Source: Archangium sp. (GTDB taxonomy: Bacteria; Myxococcota; Myxococcia; Myxococcales; Myxococcaceae). Taken from it: a DNA stretch of 35,367 nt. A program made the translations under genes and the position numbers. The notes under the pieces were generated by a model, which was not told where the DNA came from, ran no database searches, and was given only the letters and a program-made list of their open reading frames with translations. Every line of letters begins with the position of its first letter. Position 1 is the stretch's first letter. Positions 1-7,514 of the stretch are shown here, piece by piece. The stretch is taken from positions 1 to 35,367 of the forward strand of contig JANLPS010000147.1 in assembly GCA_031367385.1 (NCBI GenBank), written 5' to 3'.

Positions 1-28
1 TGAGCCTGTCGAACCACGAACCACGAAC
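1..28. repeat. REP-like palindromic repeat, right half (truncated by window edge)
   Basis: TGAGCCTGTCGAACCACGAAC matches the right arm of the GTTCGTGG-TGAGCCTGTCGAA-CCACGAAC type extragenic palindrome as I recall it. An extra GAACCAC copy follows. It lies directly past the stop codon of the MBL gene. Confidence 0.5.
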
Positions 29-910
29 CTACAGCACCAACTTCAACCCCTCACTCGCCGCGATCGTGGCCTTGCGCACACGTCGCGCCTCTTTGACCAA
101 CTTGTCGAGGGCCGCATCGGTGCGCCCGGGCTCGTGGTGAAAAAGCACCAGCGTCTCGACCTCAGCCTCGTCGGCGAGCTTCACCGCGGTCTGCCACGTC
201 GAGTGCCCCCAGCCCGTCTTCGGCGACCCCGCGCGGCCCAAATACTCGTCGTCGGTGTACATCGAGTCGTAAATCAGCACGGTCGCCCCGTGGGCGAAGT
301 CGACCAGCTCGCCGTCACGATCGGTGCCGTGCTCGGTGTCTGTCGCGTAGACGAGCACCTTGTCGCCGGCGTCGATGCGGTACGCCAGGTTACCGCCGGG
401 GTGGTTGGTCTCGATCGCGGTGATCTCGGCGTTGCCGATCTTCACGCGGTCTCCTGCGGTGAACGGCTGGTAGTCGAGCTTCGCGCGAAACACCATCTCA
501 GCCGTGACGGGGAAAAACGGCTGCTGCATCTGCCCGAAGAGCACTTCTTTGACCGTGCGGCCATCGCGGGTCGGCCCGCGAATCGTGAAGCGGCTTCGAG
601 GGTCGAAGATCGGCGCGAAGAAGGGCAGGCCCTGCAGGTGATCGTAGTGGTAGTGCGAAACGAAGATCGTGCCGTCGAGGGGGCCGGCGGCGGCTTCTCC
701 CAGCTCGCGGAGCCCGGTGCCGAGGTCGAAGATCACCAGCTCGTCGCCGATGCGCACCTCGAGGCAGGGCGTATTCCCCCCGTACTTCGCCGTCTCGGGG
801 CCCGGGCTGGGTATCGACCCGCGAACGCCCCAGAACCGCACCGACAGACCGCTCTTGGCCTTGGCGCTTCGTCGGCTTGGTTTTCGAGTCTTCCCCGCTG
901 AGGCGCCCAA
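29..910 (-). CDS. MBL-fold metallo-hydrolase (PhnP/cyclic phosphodiesterase-like)
   Basis: FWGVRGSIP..YGGNTPC N-terminus, HxHxDH motif (SHYHYDH), later HPGG, TDTE, GWGHS and LFHHEP motifs. TTG start is uncertain. Confidence 0.88.
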   Translation of the reverse strand: MGASAGKTRKPSRRSAKAKSGLSVRFWGVRGSIPSPGPETAKYGGNTPCLEVRIGDELVIFDLGTGLRELGEAAAGPLDGTIFVSHYHYDHLQGLPFFAPIFDPRSRFTIRGPTRDGRTVKEVLFGQMQQPFFPVTAEMVFRAKLDYQPFTAGDRVKIGNAEITAIETNHPGGNLAYRIDAGDKVLVYATDTEHGTDRDGELVDFAHGATVLIYDSMYTDDEYLGRAGSPKTGWGHSTWQTAVKLADEAEVETLVLFHHEPGRTDAALDKLVKEARRVRKATIAASEGLKLVL

Positions 911-981
911 TGACGTTTTCCCTAGGTGAATCGCGGGGTTTTAGGGTCATTCGGTGAAACGGAGCGAGCGAATTCGAAAGC

Positions 982-1656
982 CTAGCCGGCCTTCTCGTTG
1001 CTCTGGTCGTCATCACGGGGGCCCAACAGCTCGAGCAAGTGGCCCGAGCGGTCGCGCTTGGTCTTCAGGTAGCCCGCGTTCACCCGCGTGACCGGCGTCA
1101 ACGACGGGATGCGGCGACGCACCGGCATGCCTTCGTCGACCAGGCCAGCGATCTTCAGCGGGTTGTTGGTGATGAGGTCGACGCTCTGAACGCCGAGCGA
1201 CCGCAACATCTCTGCCGCGATGTCATACCGGCGCAAGTCATCGGCGAAGCCGAGCGCGAGGTTTGACTCGACGGTGTCGAGCCCCTTCTCTTGTTGCAGC
1301 GCATAGGCGCGAATCTTGTTGCCCAGGCCAATGCCGCGGCCTTCTTGGCGCAGGTACAGCACTACGCCGCCGTGCTGACCGATGAAGTCCATCGCGCGGT
1401 CGAGCTGGGCGCGGCAGTCACAGCGCTCACTGCCGAACACCTCGCTGGTCAAACACTCGGAGTGAATGCGAACGGCGACGCCCTCGTGCCCCTGAACCGA
1501 GCCCTTGACCATCGCCACGTGCTCTTTGCCGTTGCGGCGATCGCGAAACACGATGATGCGAAACGCGCCCCGGGTGGTCGGCAAATCAGATTCGGAATAT
1601 CGCTCGAGAAAGTTCGAGGGCTTCTTCGAGGGCAGCATCTGGGGTGTACCGGTCAT
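982..1656 (-). CDS. ribA: GTP cyclohydrolase II
   Basis: RIHSECLTSEVFGSERCDC zinc motif, YLRQEGRGIGLGNK, DLRRY, LITNNP, YLKTKRDRSGH. Start trimmed to the ATG at 1656 (in frame with the called 982..1758 ORF). Confidence 0.95.
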   Translation of the reverse strand: MTGTPQMLPSKKPSNFLERYSESDLPTTRGAFRIIVFRDRRNGKEHVAMVKGSVQGHEGVAVRIHSECLTSEVFGSERCDCRAQLDRAMDFIGQHGGVVLYLRQEGRGIGLGNKIRAYALQQEKGLDTVESNLALGFADDLRRYDIAAEMLRSLGVQSVDLITNNPLKIAGLVDEGMPVRRRIPSLTPVTRVNAGYLKTKRDRSGHLLELLGPRDDDQSNEKAG

Positions 1657-1774
1657 GTCAGAAAGTCTCGCGAGCCTGCAAGTACGGAGGACGGCATGTA
1701 CTCCGGGTCTTTTCGTCTCAACGCCCGATTTGATGCTTCGGCTGACAGTTGGTTGCATGCCCTCGACATCAATT

Positions 1775-2968
1775 TTATGCGCCCCAAGCCACCGATATCA
1801 GGTCGACTTTCTCGCCATGGCCCACAATGGCAACCTCCGGAGCCACCGAGATCAGGTGGGTCGCACCAGACGCCGACGCCAACGCCCCCGACGACTGTGA
1901 ACCCAGGGGCACTGCCCACCATTCTTCACCTCGCCGTTCGATGTTCGCGCGCGCAAACAGCCGCACGCCGGTGGCCTTCGACAGCTGCCCCTCGAGCCGC
2001 GCCTTTCCCTCTGCGTGAGATGCCGCGTTCAAGCCCTGCAGCTGGCGGAGCGCCGGTCGTACGAACAGCTCGAAGCTCACCAGCGCCGACACCGGGTTGC
2101 CCGGCAGCCCGAACACCAATGTCGAGCCCTTGCGCCCGACCAACAGCGGCTTGCCCGGCTTCATCGCCACGCGCCAAAACTCAACCTCGACGCCCAGCAG
2201 TCGCAGCGCGTCTTGCGTGAAATCGCGCTCACCCACCGAGGCGCCCGAGACCGTCAGGAGCACGTCGAAGTCGAGGCCCTTCGAGAAGCTCTGGGTGATC
2301 ACCTCGAGGCGATCAGGCGAGAGCGCGAGCTGTGTCGGCAGGCCCCCCGCACGGGTCACGGCCAGCGCCAGCATCGGCGTGTTGGTGTCGATCAGCCCAG
2401 GCCCGGTTTCACCGACCGCAAACAGCTCGTCACCGCTCGAGGCAATCGCGACCCGCGGCCGGCGAAACACCTCGACGTGGGTCAGGCCTTGCGCCCACAA
2501 CACCGCGGCGTCGGGTACGCCCAGGGCTCTGCCAGCGTCGAAGAGCGTCTGCCCTTCTTTCACGTCTTCACCCCGCAGCCGCACGTTGCCGCCTGGCCTC
2601 ACCGGCAGCGGGAGGATCTCGACGCGATCGCCCTCGAGCACCCGTGTGTTCTCTTGCATCACCACCGCGTCGGCACCCTGCGGCATCGGAGCGCCCGTCA
2701 TGATGCGCGAGCACTGACCGGCACCAAGCGACTCCTTCGGTTGCTGACCCGCGAAAATTTTTTCGATGATCTGCAGCTGACCGGGGCAGTCGATCGATCG
2801 CACTGCGTAGCCATCCATCGCGGAGTTGTTCCACGGGGGGAGGGTGCGGCTCGCGGTGATCGCCACACTGAGCGCGCGGCCAACGGCGTGTTCGATTTCG
2901 ACCCGCTCTGACCCCAGCGGCTTCGCCAGCGCGAGCACCTTTCCCAGCGCTTCTTCGAAGGGCAGCAT
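1775..2968 (-). CDS. moeA: Molybdopterin molybdotransferase MoeA (gephyrin E-like)
   Basis: NSAMDGYA, IMTGAPMPQGADAVVMQE, SSGDEL, SGASVGERDF, MKPGKP, GLPGNPVS. Start trimmed to MLPFEEAL at 2968. Confidence 0.95.
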   Translation of the reverse strand: MLPFEEALGKVLALAKPLGSERVEIEHAVGRALSVAITASRTLPPWNNSAMDGYAVRSIDCPGQLQIIEKIFAGQQPKESLGAGQCSRIMTGAPMPQGADAVVMQENTRVLEGDRVEILPLPVRPGGNVRLRGEDVKEGQTLFDAGRALGVPDAAVLWAQGLTHVEVFRRPRVAIASSGDELFAVGETGPGLIDTNTPMLALAVTRAGGLPTQLALSPDRLEVITQSFSKGLDFDVLLTVSGASVGERDFTQDALRLLGVEVEFWRVAMKPGKPLLVGRKGSTLVFGLPGNPVSALVSFELFVRPALRQLQGLNAASHAEGKARLEGQLSKATGVRLFARANIERRGEEWWAVPLGSQSSGALASASGATHLISVAPEVAIVGHGEKVDLISVAWGA

Positions 2969-3102
2969 CGCGCGCTTCTGCCAGCTTCGTTCAGCTCTGA
3001 AAACCAAGAGGAATTGCAGAGGTTTGCATTGACACCCGAGCTTGAAATGGGTACTGGCACTCCATCTTCGCCGGTTCGGCGCAGACAACGAAGGAGACAG
3101 CG

Positions 3103-4440
3103 TTGGCCAGCAAGAAGGCGAAACCCGCTGCCCGAAAGACGAAGCCCACTCCGAAAGCAAAAGCTGCTTCGAAGAAAGCTCCGGCGAAAAAGGCAAAACC
3201 CGCAGCTCCCGCGAAGGCTAAACAGGTTGCGAAACCTGCGCCCAAGCCTGTCAAACCCACCAAGCCGGTCGCGGCCCTAGTTGCGGCCAAAATACCGAAA
3301 TCGCTGGCAAAAGCGGCAGGCAAACCGCCCGCGCCCCCGGCTGAGACCAAGAAGGCCGAGCCCACGCCGATGTTCAGTGCGCCCCCGCGCAGGGCCGATG
3401 GCTGGTTGGGGCCGCTGCCTGACAAGGCGCTCCCCCGGCAGACCAAGTTGCCGCCCGAGGCCGAGCTGCTCACCAAGCGCGAGATGGAGCAGGTGTTGAC
3501 CGTTGGTCAACGCGGCGCCGTCGGCGAAGGGTCGCTCAAGGGCAAGCTCGTCGTCTACCAGGGGTTCCCCTACCTCGAGGTGATCGGCCGCGACAAGCGC
3601 GAGCTGTGGTTCATGCTCCAGGGGCCTGATCAAGAAGTGTTGCCGGCCTACGGAGACCACCGCGTCTCGGTGAACGGCCTGATTCGCCGCAACCACGCGT
3701 ACGGCGGCCTGGTCGATGTGCGCAAGTACTCGGCGAAGAAGCCCGACGTCGAAGTCGTGGCGGTCGCGGCGACTGAAGAGCCGGTCGACGAGCACAAGCT
3801 GCGGCTGCTCTCGCCTGGCGAGGTCACCACCATCGCGAACCCCGGCATGGCCGTGGGCGTGAAGGGTTTTGCGACCCTGCGAGGCCGCCTCGAGATGAGC
3901 GGCGAAGAGTTCTACCTGGTCGTGTCGAACCCCGGCACGCGGCAGCAAGTCGCGTTCACGCTCGAGGGCAAGGCCACCAAGGGGCTCAAGAAGTACATCG
4001 GCGAAGTGATGGTCGCGACTGGCGTGGTCGAGAAATCGACTCCGTGGGGTGGCACCATTCAAGCCGAGTCGGCCGAGGCCCGCGCGCCAGAATATCCTCC
4101 GGTCTCGCGTGACTCGATCGACGTGGTCGCGGTCGAAGGCGTGAGCGCTCAGCCGAAGCAGGTCGAAGTTCGGTTGAACCACGGCCTCACCGTGAAGCTG
4201 CAAGAGAAGCAGGGGCACGTGTGGGCGATCGAGCCGCAGACGGCCAAGCGGGTCAGCCTCCGCGAAGTGTCATTGCGGCACGAAGCGGGCACGCCGGTGC
4301 GCGAGTTTTTCTTCACTCCGCGCAACCCGGGCCACCAAGAGATCGACTTCTTCTTGGGCAAGGTTCACAACCCGATGCAGTTCAGCAAAACGTTCAAAGT
4401 GATCGCCAACGTCAAGGCACCGGAGCCCGTCGTCCCGTGA
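3103..4440 (+). CDS. Protein with histone H1-like K/A/P-rich N-terminus, two tandem beta-rich (OB-like) repeats and a C-terminal chagasin/I42-like Ig domain
   Basis: AAGGAG SD before the TTG start. About 85 aa of AKP-rich tail. Internal repeat GSLKGKLVVYQGFPYL..GGLVDV versus ATLRGRLEMSGEEFYL..GGTIQA. The C-terminus has a chagasin-like pattern (LTVKLQE..GHVW..REFFFTPRNPG). Confidence 0.7.
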   Translation: MASKKAKPAARKTKPTPKAKAASKKAPAKKAKPAAPAKAKQVAKPAPKPVKPTKPVAALVAAKIPKSLAKAAGKPPAPPAETKKAEPTPMFSAPPRRADGWLGPLPDKALPRQTKLPPEAELLTKREMEQVLTVGQRGAVGEGSLKGKLVVYQGFPYLEVIGRDKRELWFMLQGPDQEVLPAYGDHRVSVNGLIRRNHAYGGLVDVRKYSAKKPDVEVVAVAATEEPVDEHKLRLLSPGEVTTIANPGMAVGVKGFATLRGRLEMSGEEFYLVVSNPGTRQQVAFTLEGKATKGLKKYIGEVMVATGVVEKSTPWGGTIQAESAEARAPEYPPVSRDSIDVVAVEGVSAQPKQVEVRLNHGLTVKLQEKQGHVWAIEPQTAKRVSLREVSLRHEAGTPVREFFFTPRNPGHQEIDFFLGKVHNPMQFSKTFKVIANVKAPEPVVP

Positions 4441-4441
4441 G

Positions 4442-4551
4442 GAGCCTCTGACGAAGCGGTCAGACACATGCATGCGCCACCGTCAGGGTGAACAGCGCAG
4501 CTCACAGGCCAGCGAACCGCGAAGGAGCGGGGCGCTGGCCTGTCGTCTTTT
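4442..4551 (+). promoter_or_regulatory. Structured intergenic/leader region with an 11-bp stem hairpin upstream of rnr
   Basis: ACAGGCCAGCG (4504-4514) pairs perfectly with CGCTGGCCTGT (4533-4543), with an inner CCGC/GCGG stem and CGTCTTTT following. Upstream stems are TCTGAC/GTCAGA and TGCGC-CACC/GGTG-GCGCA. Confidence 0.45.
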
Positions 4552-4569
4552 CAACAAAGGAAGTACCTC

Positions 4570-7428
4570 GTGAGTATCGATGCAGCCCAAGTTCTGTCGT
4601 TAATCGGCAGCGCTGGGCGATTAGTAGGTCTGAAAGAAATTTTGAGAGCAGGCGAACTGAACCCTGGGGTTCAGAACGACCTGAAGCGCATCTTGCGCGA
4701 ATTGGTTCGCTCGGGGCAGCTGGAGCAAGACGGTAAACGCTTCGGGCTGCCGGGCAAGAAGCACACGCAGAAGTCGGGCCCCGCGTGGAAGGGCAAGCCC
4801 GCCAAGGCGGCCACTCCGGCAGCACCGGTGAAGGGCGCGAAGAAGCCGGCGCCTCGCGGCCGGTTCGTGCGCCAGTGGGGTGAGGGGTTCGTGAGCGACG
4901 CGAAGGCGGCGGCTCCGGCGCCCGCGGCGAGAGGCAAGAAGAGCGCGGCGGTGAAGGCGATCTCCGCGCCGCCCCCGCCGACGCCACCGCGACCCGCGGC
5001 GGTTTCGAAGAAGGGTGCACCCAAGGGCCGGCACCAGCAGCAGAGCAAGGCCGCCGGGCCTCCGCCGCCAGCCGCGCGTGGCACCCTGGTCACCGGCATC
5101 ATCAATCACCACCGTGACGGCTTCGCGTTCGTCAAACCGCTGGGAGCGAAGACCGGCGAAGACATCTTCATTCCTCCCGAGCAGGCGCGGCAGGCGTTGG
5201 ATCATGACCAGGTCGTCGTCGAGGTCATTCGCGAGCGCGACGGCAGGTCATCGGGCCGGCTGGTCGAGGTCAAGGCGCGCACCCGGCAGATGGTGATCGG
5301 CGTGTACCACGAGCGACCCGAGGGCTGTTTCGTCACTCCGCGGGAGGCAGAGCTCGGCGGCATTCGGGTGCCGAAGACCCAGCTCGCGCGCGATGGAGAT
5401 CAGGTCAAGGTGCGCCTGGGCGTCGGCGAGAAGTTGCTCGGCCCTCACGTGCAGCTGGTCGGTGAGGTCGCGGGCTCGTTGGGGTCGCAAGACGACCACT
5501 CGATTGAAGTGCTGTCGGTGGCGTACTCGAAGGGCTTTCAAGACGAGTTCCCCCCCGAGGTGATGGACGAGGCCGACGCCTTTGCCCTCGAGGTCAGCGC
5601 GCAGGAGGCCAAGGCTGAAAACCGCCATGATCTTCGCAAGATGCAGCTGGTCACCATCGACGGTGAAGACGCGCGCGACTTCGACGACGCGATCTACGTC
5701 GAGCCCGATGGCCACGGGTGGCGGCTGGTCGTCGCGATCGCCGACGTGACCCACTACGTGCGTGAAGGCACCGAGCTCGACACCGAAGCCCTGCGCCGCG
5801 CCACCAGCGTGTACCTGCCAGGCCGTGTGCTGCCGATGTTGCCCGAGCGGCTCTCGAACGGCTTGTGCTCGCTCAAGCCCGATGTCGACCGGCTCTGCAT
5901 GGTCGCCGACATGAAAATCGACCGCACCGGCACCACCACCCACACCCAAGTGTACCCGGGCGTGATGCGCAGCGCGGCACGCTGCACCTACACCGAAGTA
6001 CACCAGGTGTTGAACGGCGAGAACGTGCCGCACCGCAACGCCTTCAAGCCGCTCTTCGAGAAGGCCAACACGCTGGCCAAGACGCTCACCGAGATGCGCC
6101 GCAAGCGCGGCTCGATTGAGTTCGACTTGCCCGAGACGCGGGTCGAGCTCGATGACAAAGGCATGCCCAAGGGCATGGTTCGCCGCGAGCGCTGGGAGAG
6201 CCACAAGCTCGTCGAAGAATGCATGCTCGCCGCCAACGAAGCGGTCGCGCGGTTCTTTCGCGAGCAGGAGCTGCCCACGGTCAACCGGTTTCACGACGAG
6301 CCCGACGAAGACAAGCTGTCGACCTTCATCAGCCTGCTCGGCGCGTACGGCATACCCGTCAAAGGGGGCGGCGACGCGCTCTCGTCGACCGAGCTCAACG
6401 TCATCTTGAAGAGCCTCGAGGGGCACCCGGAGCAACGGGCCCTCAACCAGCTGGCCCTGCGCTCGATGATGCAAGCCGTCTACTCGTCGAAGCACACCGG
6501 GCACTACGGCCTGGGCGCCGAAGACTACCTGCACTTCACTTCTCCGATTCGCCGCTACCCCGACTTGCTGGTGCACCGGCTGCTCAAGGAGCTGTGGGGC
6601 AAGAAGAAGAAGGGCGCGATGCAGAGCGACGCTCAGGTCGAGAAGCTCGAGGCGATGTCGCAGCAGTCGTCTGAGCGAGAGCGCGCGGCGATGCAGGTCG
6701 AACGAGAGGTGAACCAGCTCTACTCGTGCTTGCTGATGAAAGACCGGGTCGGCGAAGAGTTCGAGGCGACCGTCGCCGGGCTCTCGGAGAACGGGTTCTA
6801 CGTCGAGCTCAACGAGCTGTTCGTCGATGGCTTCGTCAAGGGCGAGACCATCTACCCAGACTTCGAGCTCGAGACCGCGACCTACTCGCTCAACTTCACC
6901 AATGGCCGGGTCGTCAAGGTCGGGCAGAAGTGCCGGGTCGTGCTGACCTCGGTCAACCTGAAGCGCAAGCAGATGGACTACGAGGTCATCTCGTTCGAGG
7001 GCGAGCAGCCGGTGCAGCGCCGATCGCCGGGGGCTCCTGTGGGCCGCGAGCGCGGTGGGCGAGACAAGCAGCCGCAGCGGTTTCAGGGCGGTGGCGGAGG
7101 GTCTCGTGGCAAGCCCAACCCGCATCGACGACAGGCGGGCGGCGCCTCGAACAGGCCTTACGACAAGCGCCGTGAACCGCCTCCGCAAATGCCGACGCCG
7201 CAGCAGCACCACGCGGCGACGCGCCCGGCTGCCCCTGCGACCGATGAGGCGGCTGGCCCGCGCAGCTTCGACCCTCGCGCCGTGCTCGACCGGTTGTGGA
7301 AAGAGCGGGGTGGCAAGCCCAAGGGCGAGGCCGAGAGCGCCCCCAGACGCTTCGAGTCGAAAGACAAGGGCAGCGGCGGCGATCGCGACCGTGGCGGTGG
7401 GTCACGCTCGGGCCGTTGGCGTCGATAA
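4570..7428 (+). CDS. rnr: Ribonuclease R
   Basis: N-terminal HTH, CSD (HRDGFAFV), RNB catalytic TIDGEDARDFDDA, VAIADVTHYV, TSVYLP, HFTSPIRRYPDL, S1 domain and a basic disordered tail. GTG start with AAGGAAG upstream. Confidence 0.96.
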   Translation: MSIDAAQVLSLIGSAGRLVGLKEILRAGELNPGVQNDLKRILRELVRSGQLEQDGKRFGLPGKKHTQKSGPAWKGKPAKAATPAAPVKGAKKPAPRGRFVRQWGEGFVSDAKAAAPAPAARGKKSAAVKAISAPPPPTPPRPAAVSKKGAPKGRHQQQSKAAGPPPPAARGTLVTGIINHHRDGFAFVKPLGAKTGEDIFIPPEQARQALDHDQVVVEVIRERDGRSSGRLVEVKARTRQMVIGVYHERPEGCFVTPREAELGGIRVPKTQLARDGDQVKVRLGVGEKLLGPHVQLVGEVAGSLGSQDDHSIEVLSVAYSKGFQDEFPPEVMDEADAFALEVSAQEAKAENRHDLRKMQLVTIDGEDARDFDDAIYVEPDGHGWRLVVAIADVTHYVREGTELDTEALRRATSVYLPGRVLPMLPERLSNGLCSLKPDVDRLCMVADMKIDRTGTTTHTQVYPGVMRSAARCTYTEVHQVLNGENVPHRNAFKPLFEKANTLAKTLTEMRRKRGSIEFDLPETRVELDDKGMPKGMVRRERWESHKLVEECMLAANEAVARFFREQELPTVNRFHDEPDEDKLSTFISLLGAYGIPVKGGGDALSSTELNVILKSLEGHPEQRALNQLALRSMMQAVYSSKHTGHYGLGAEDYLHFTSPIRRYPDLLVHRLLKELWGKKKKGAMQSDAQVEKLEAMSQQSSERERAAMQVEREVNQLYSCLLMKDRVGEEFEATVAGLSENGFYVELNELFVDGFVKGETIYPDFELETATYSLNFTNGRVVKVGQKCRVVLTSVNLKRKQMDYEVISFEGEQPVQRRSPGAPVGRERGGRDKQPQRFQGGGGGSRGKPNPHRRQAGGASNRPYDKRREPPPQMPTPQQHHAATRPAAPATDEAAGPRSFDPRAVLDRLWKERGGKPKGEAESAPRRFESKDKGSGGDRDRGGGSRSGRWRR

Positions 7429-7459
7429 CCTCTCGATTTGTAAGAATAAAATCATGAGC

Positions 7460-7499
7460 AAGTGCCTCGGGGGGCCTCGCGCCCCGTGGGGCACTTTTG
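7460..7499 (+). terminator. Possible intrinsic terminator after rnr
   Basis: AAGTGCCTC (7460-7468) pairs with GGGGCACTT (7488-7496), with an inner GC stem, running into TTTTGTT. Confidence 0.45.
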
Positions 7500-7514
7500 T
7501 TAGAACCGCCGGCC

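Noticed and set aside
2969..3196. N-terminal extensions of moeA (also ribA 1657-1758 and hutU 15955-16128)
   Set aside because: They overlap divergent genes or intergenic DNA. Family-typical starts lie downstream, with a clear SD in the case of hutU.
4448..4530. Hammerhead ribozyme (CTGACGA core)
   Set aside because: No GAAA after a correctly registered stem II (only GAAC/GAAG), and no closing stems I/III.
5248..7212. 654-aa minus-strand ORF, and similar long antisense ORFs (14461..15948, 21888..23042, 19781..20767, 3277..4218)
   Set aside because: These are shadow frames of well-supported genes, expected from high GC3 codon bias. They have no motifs.
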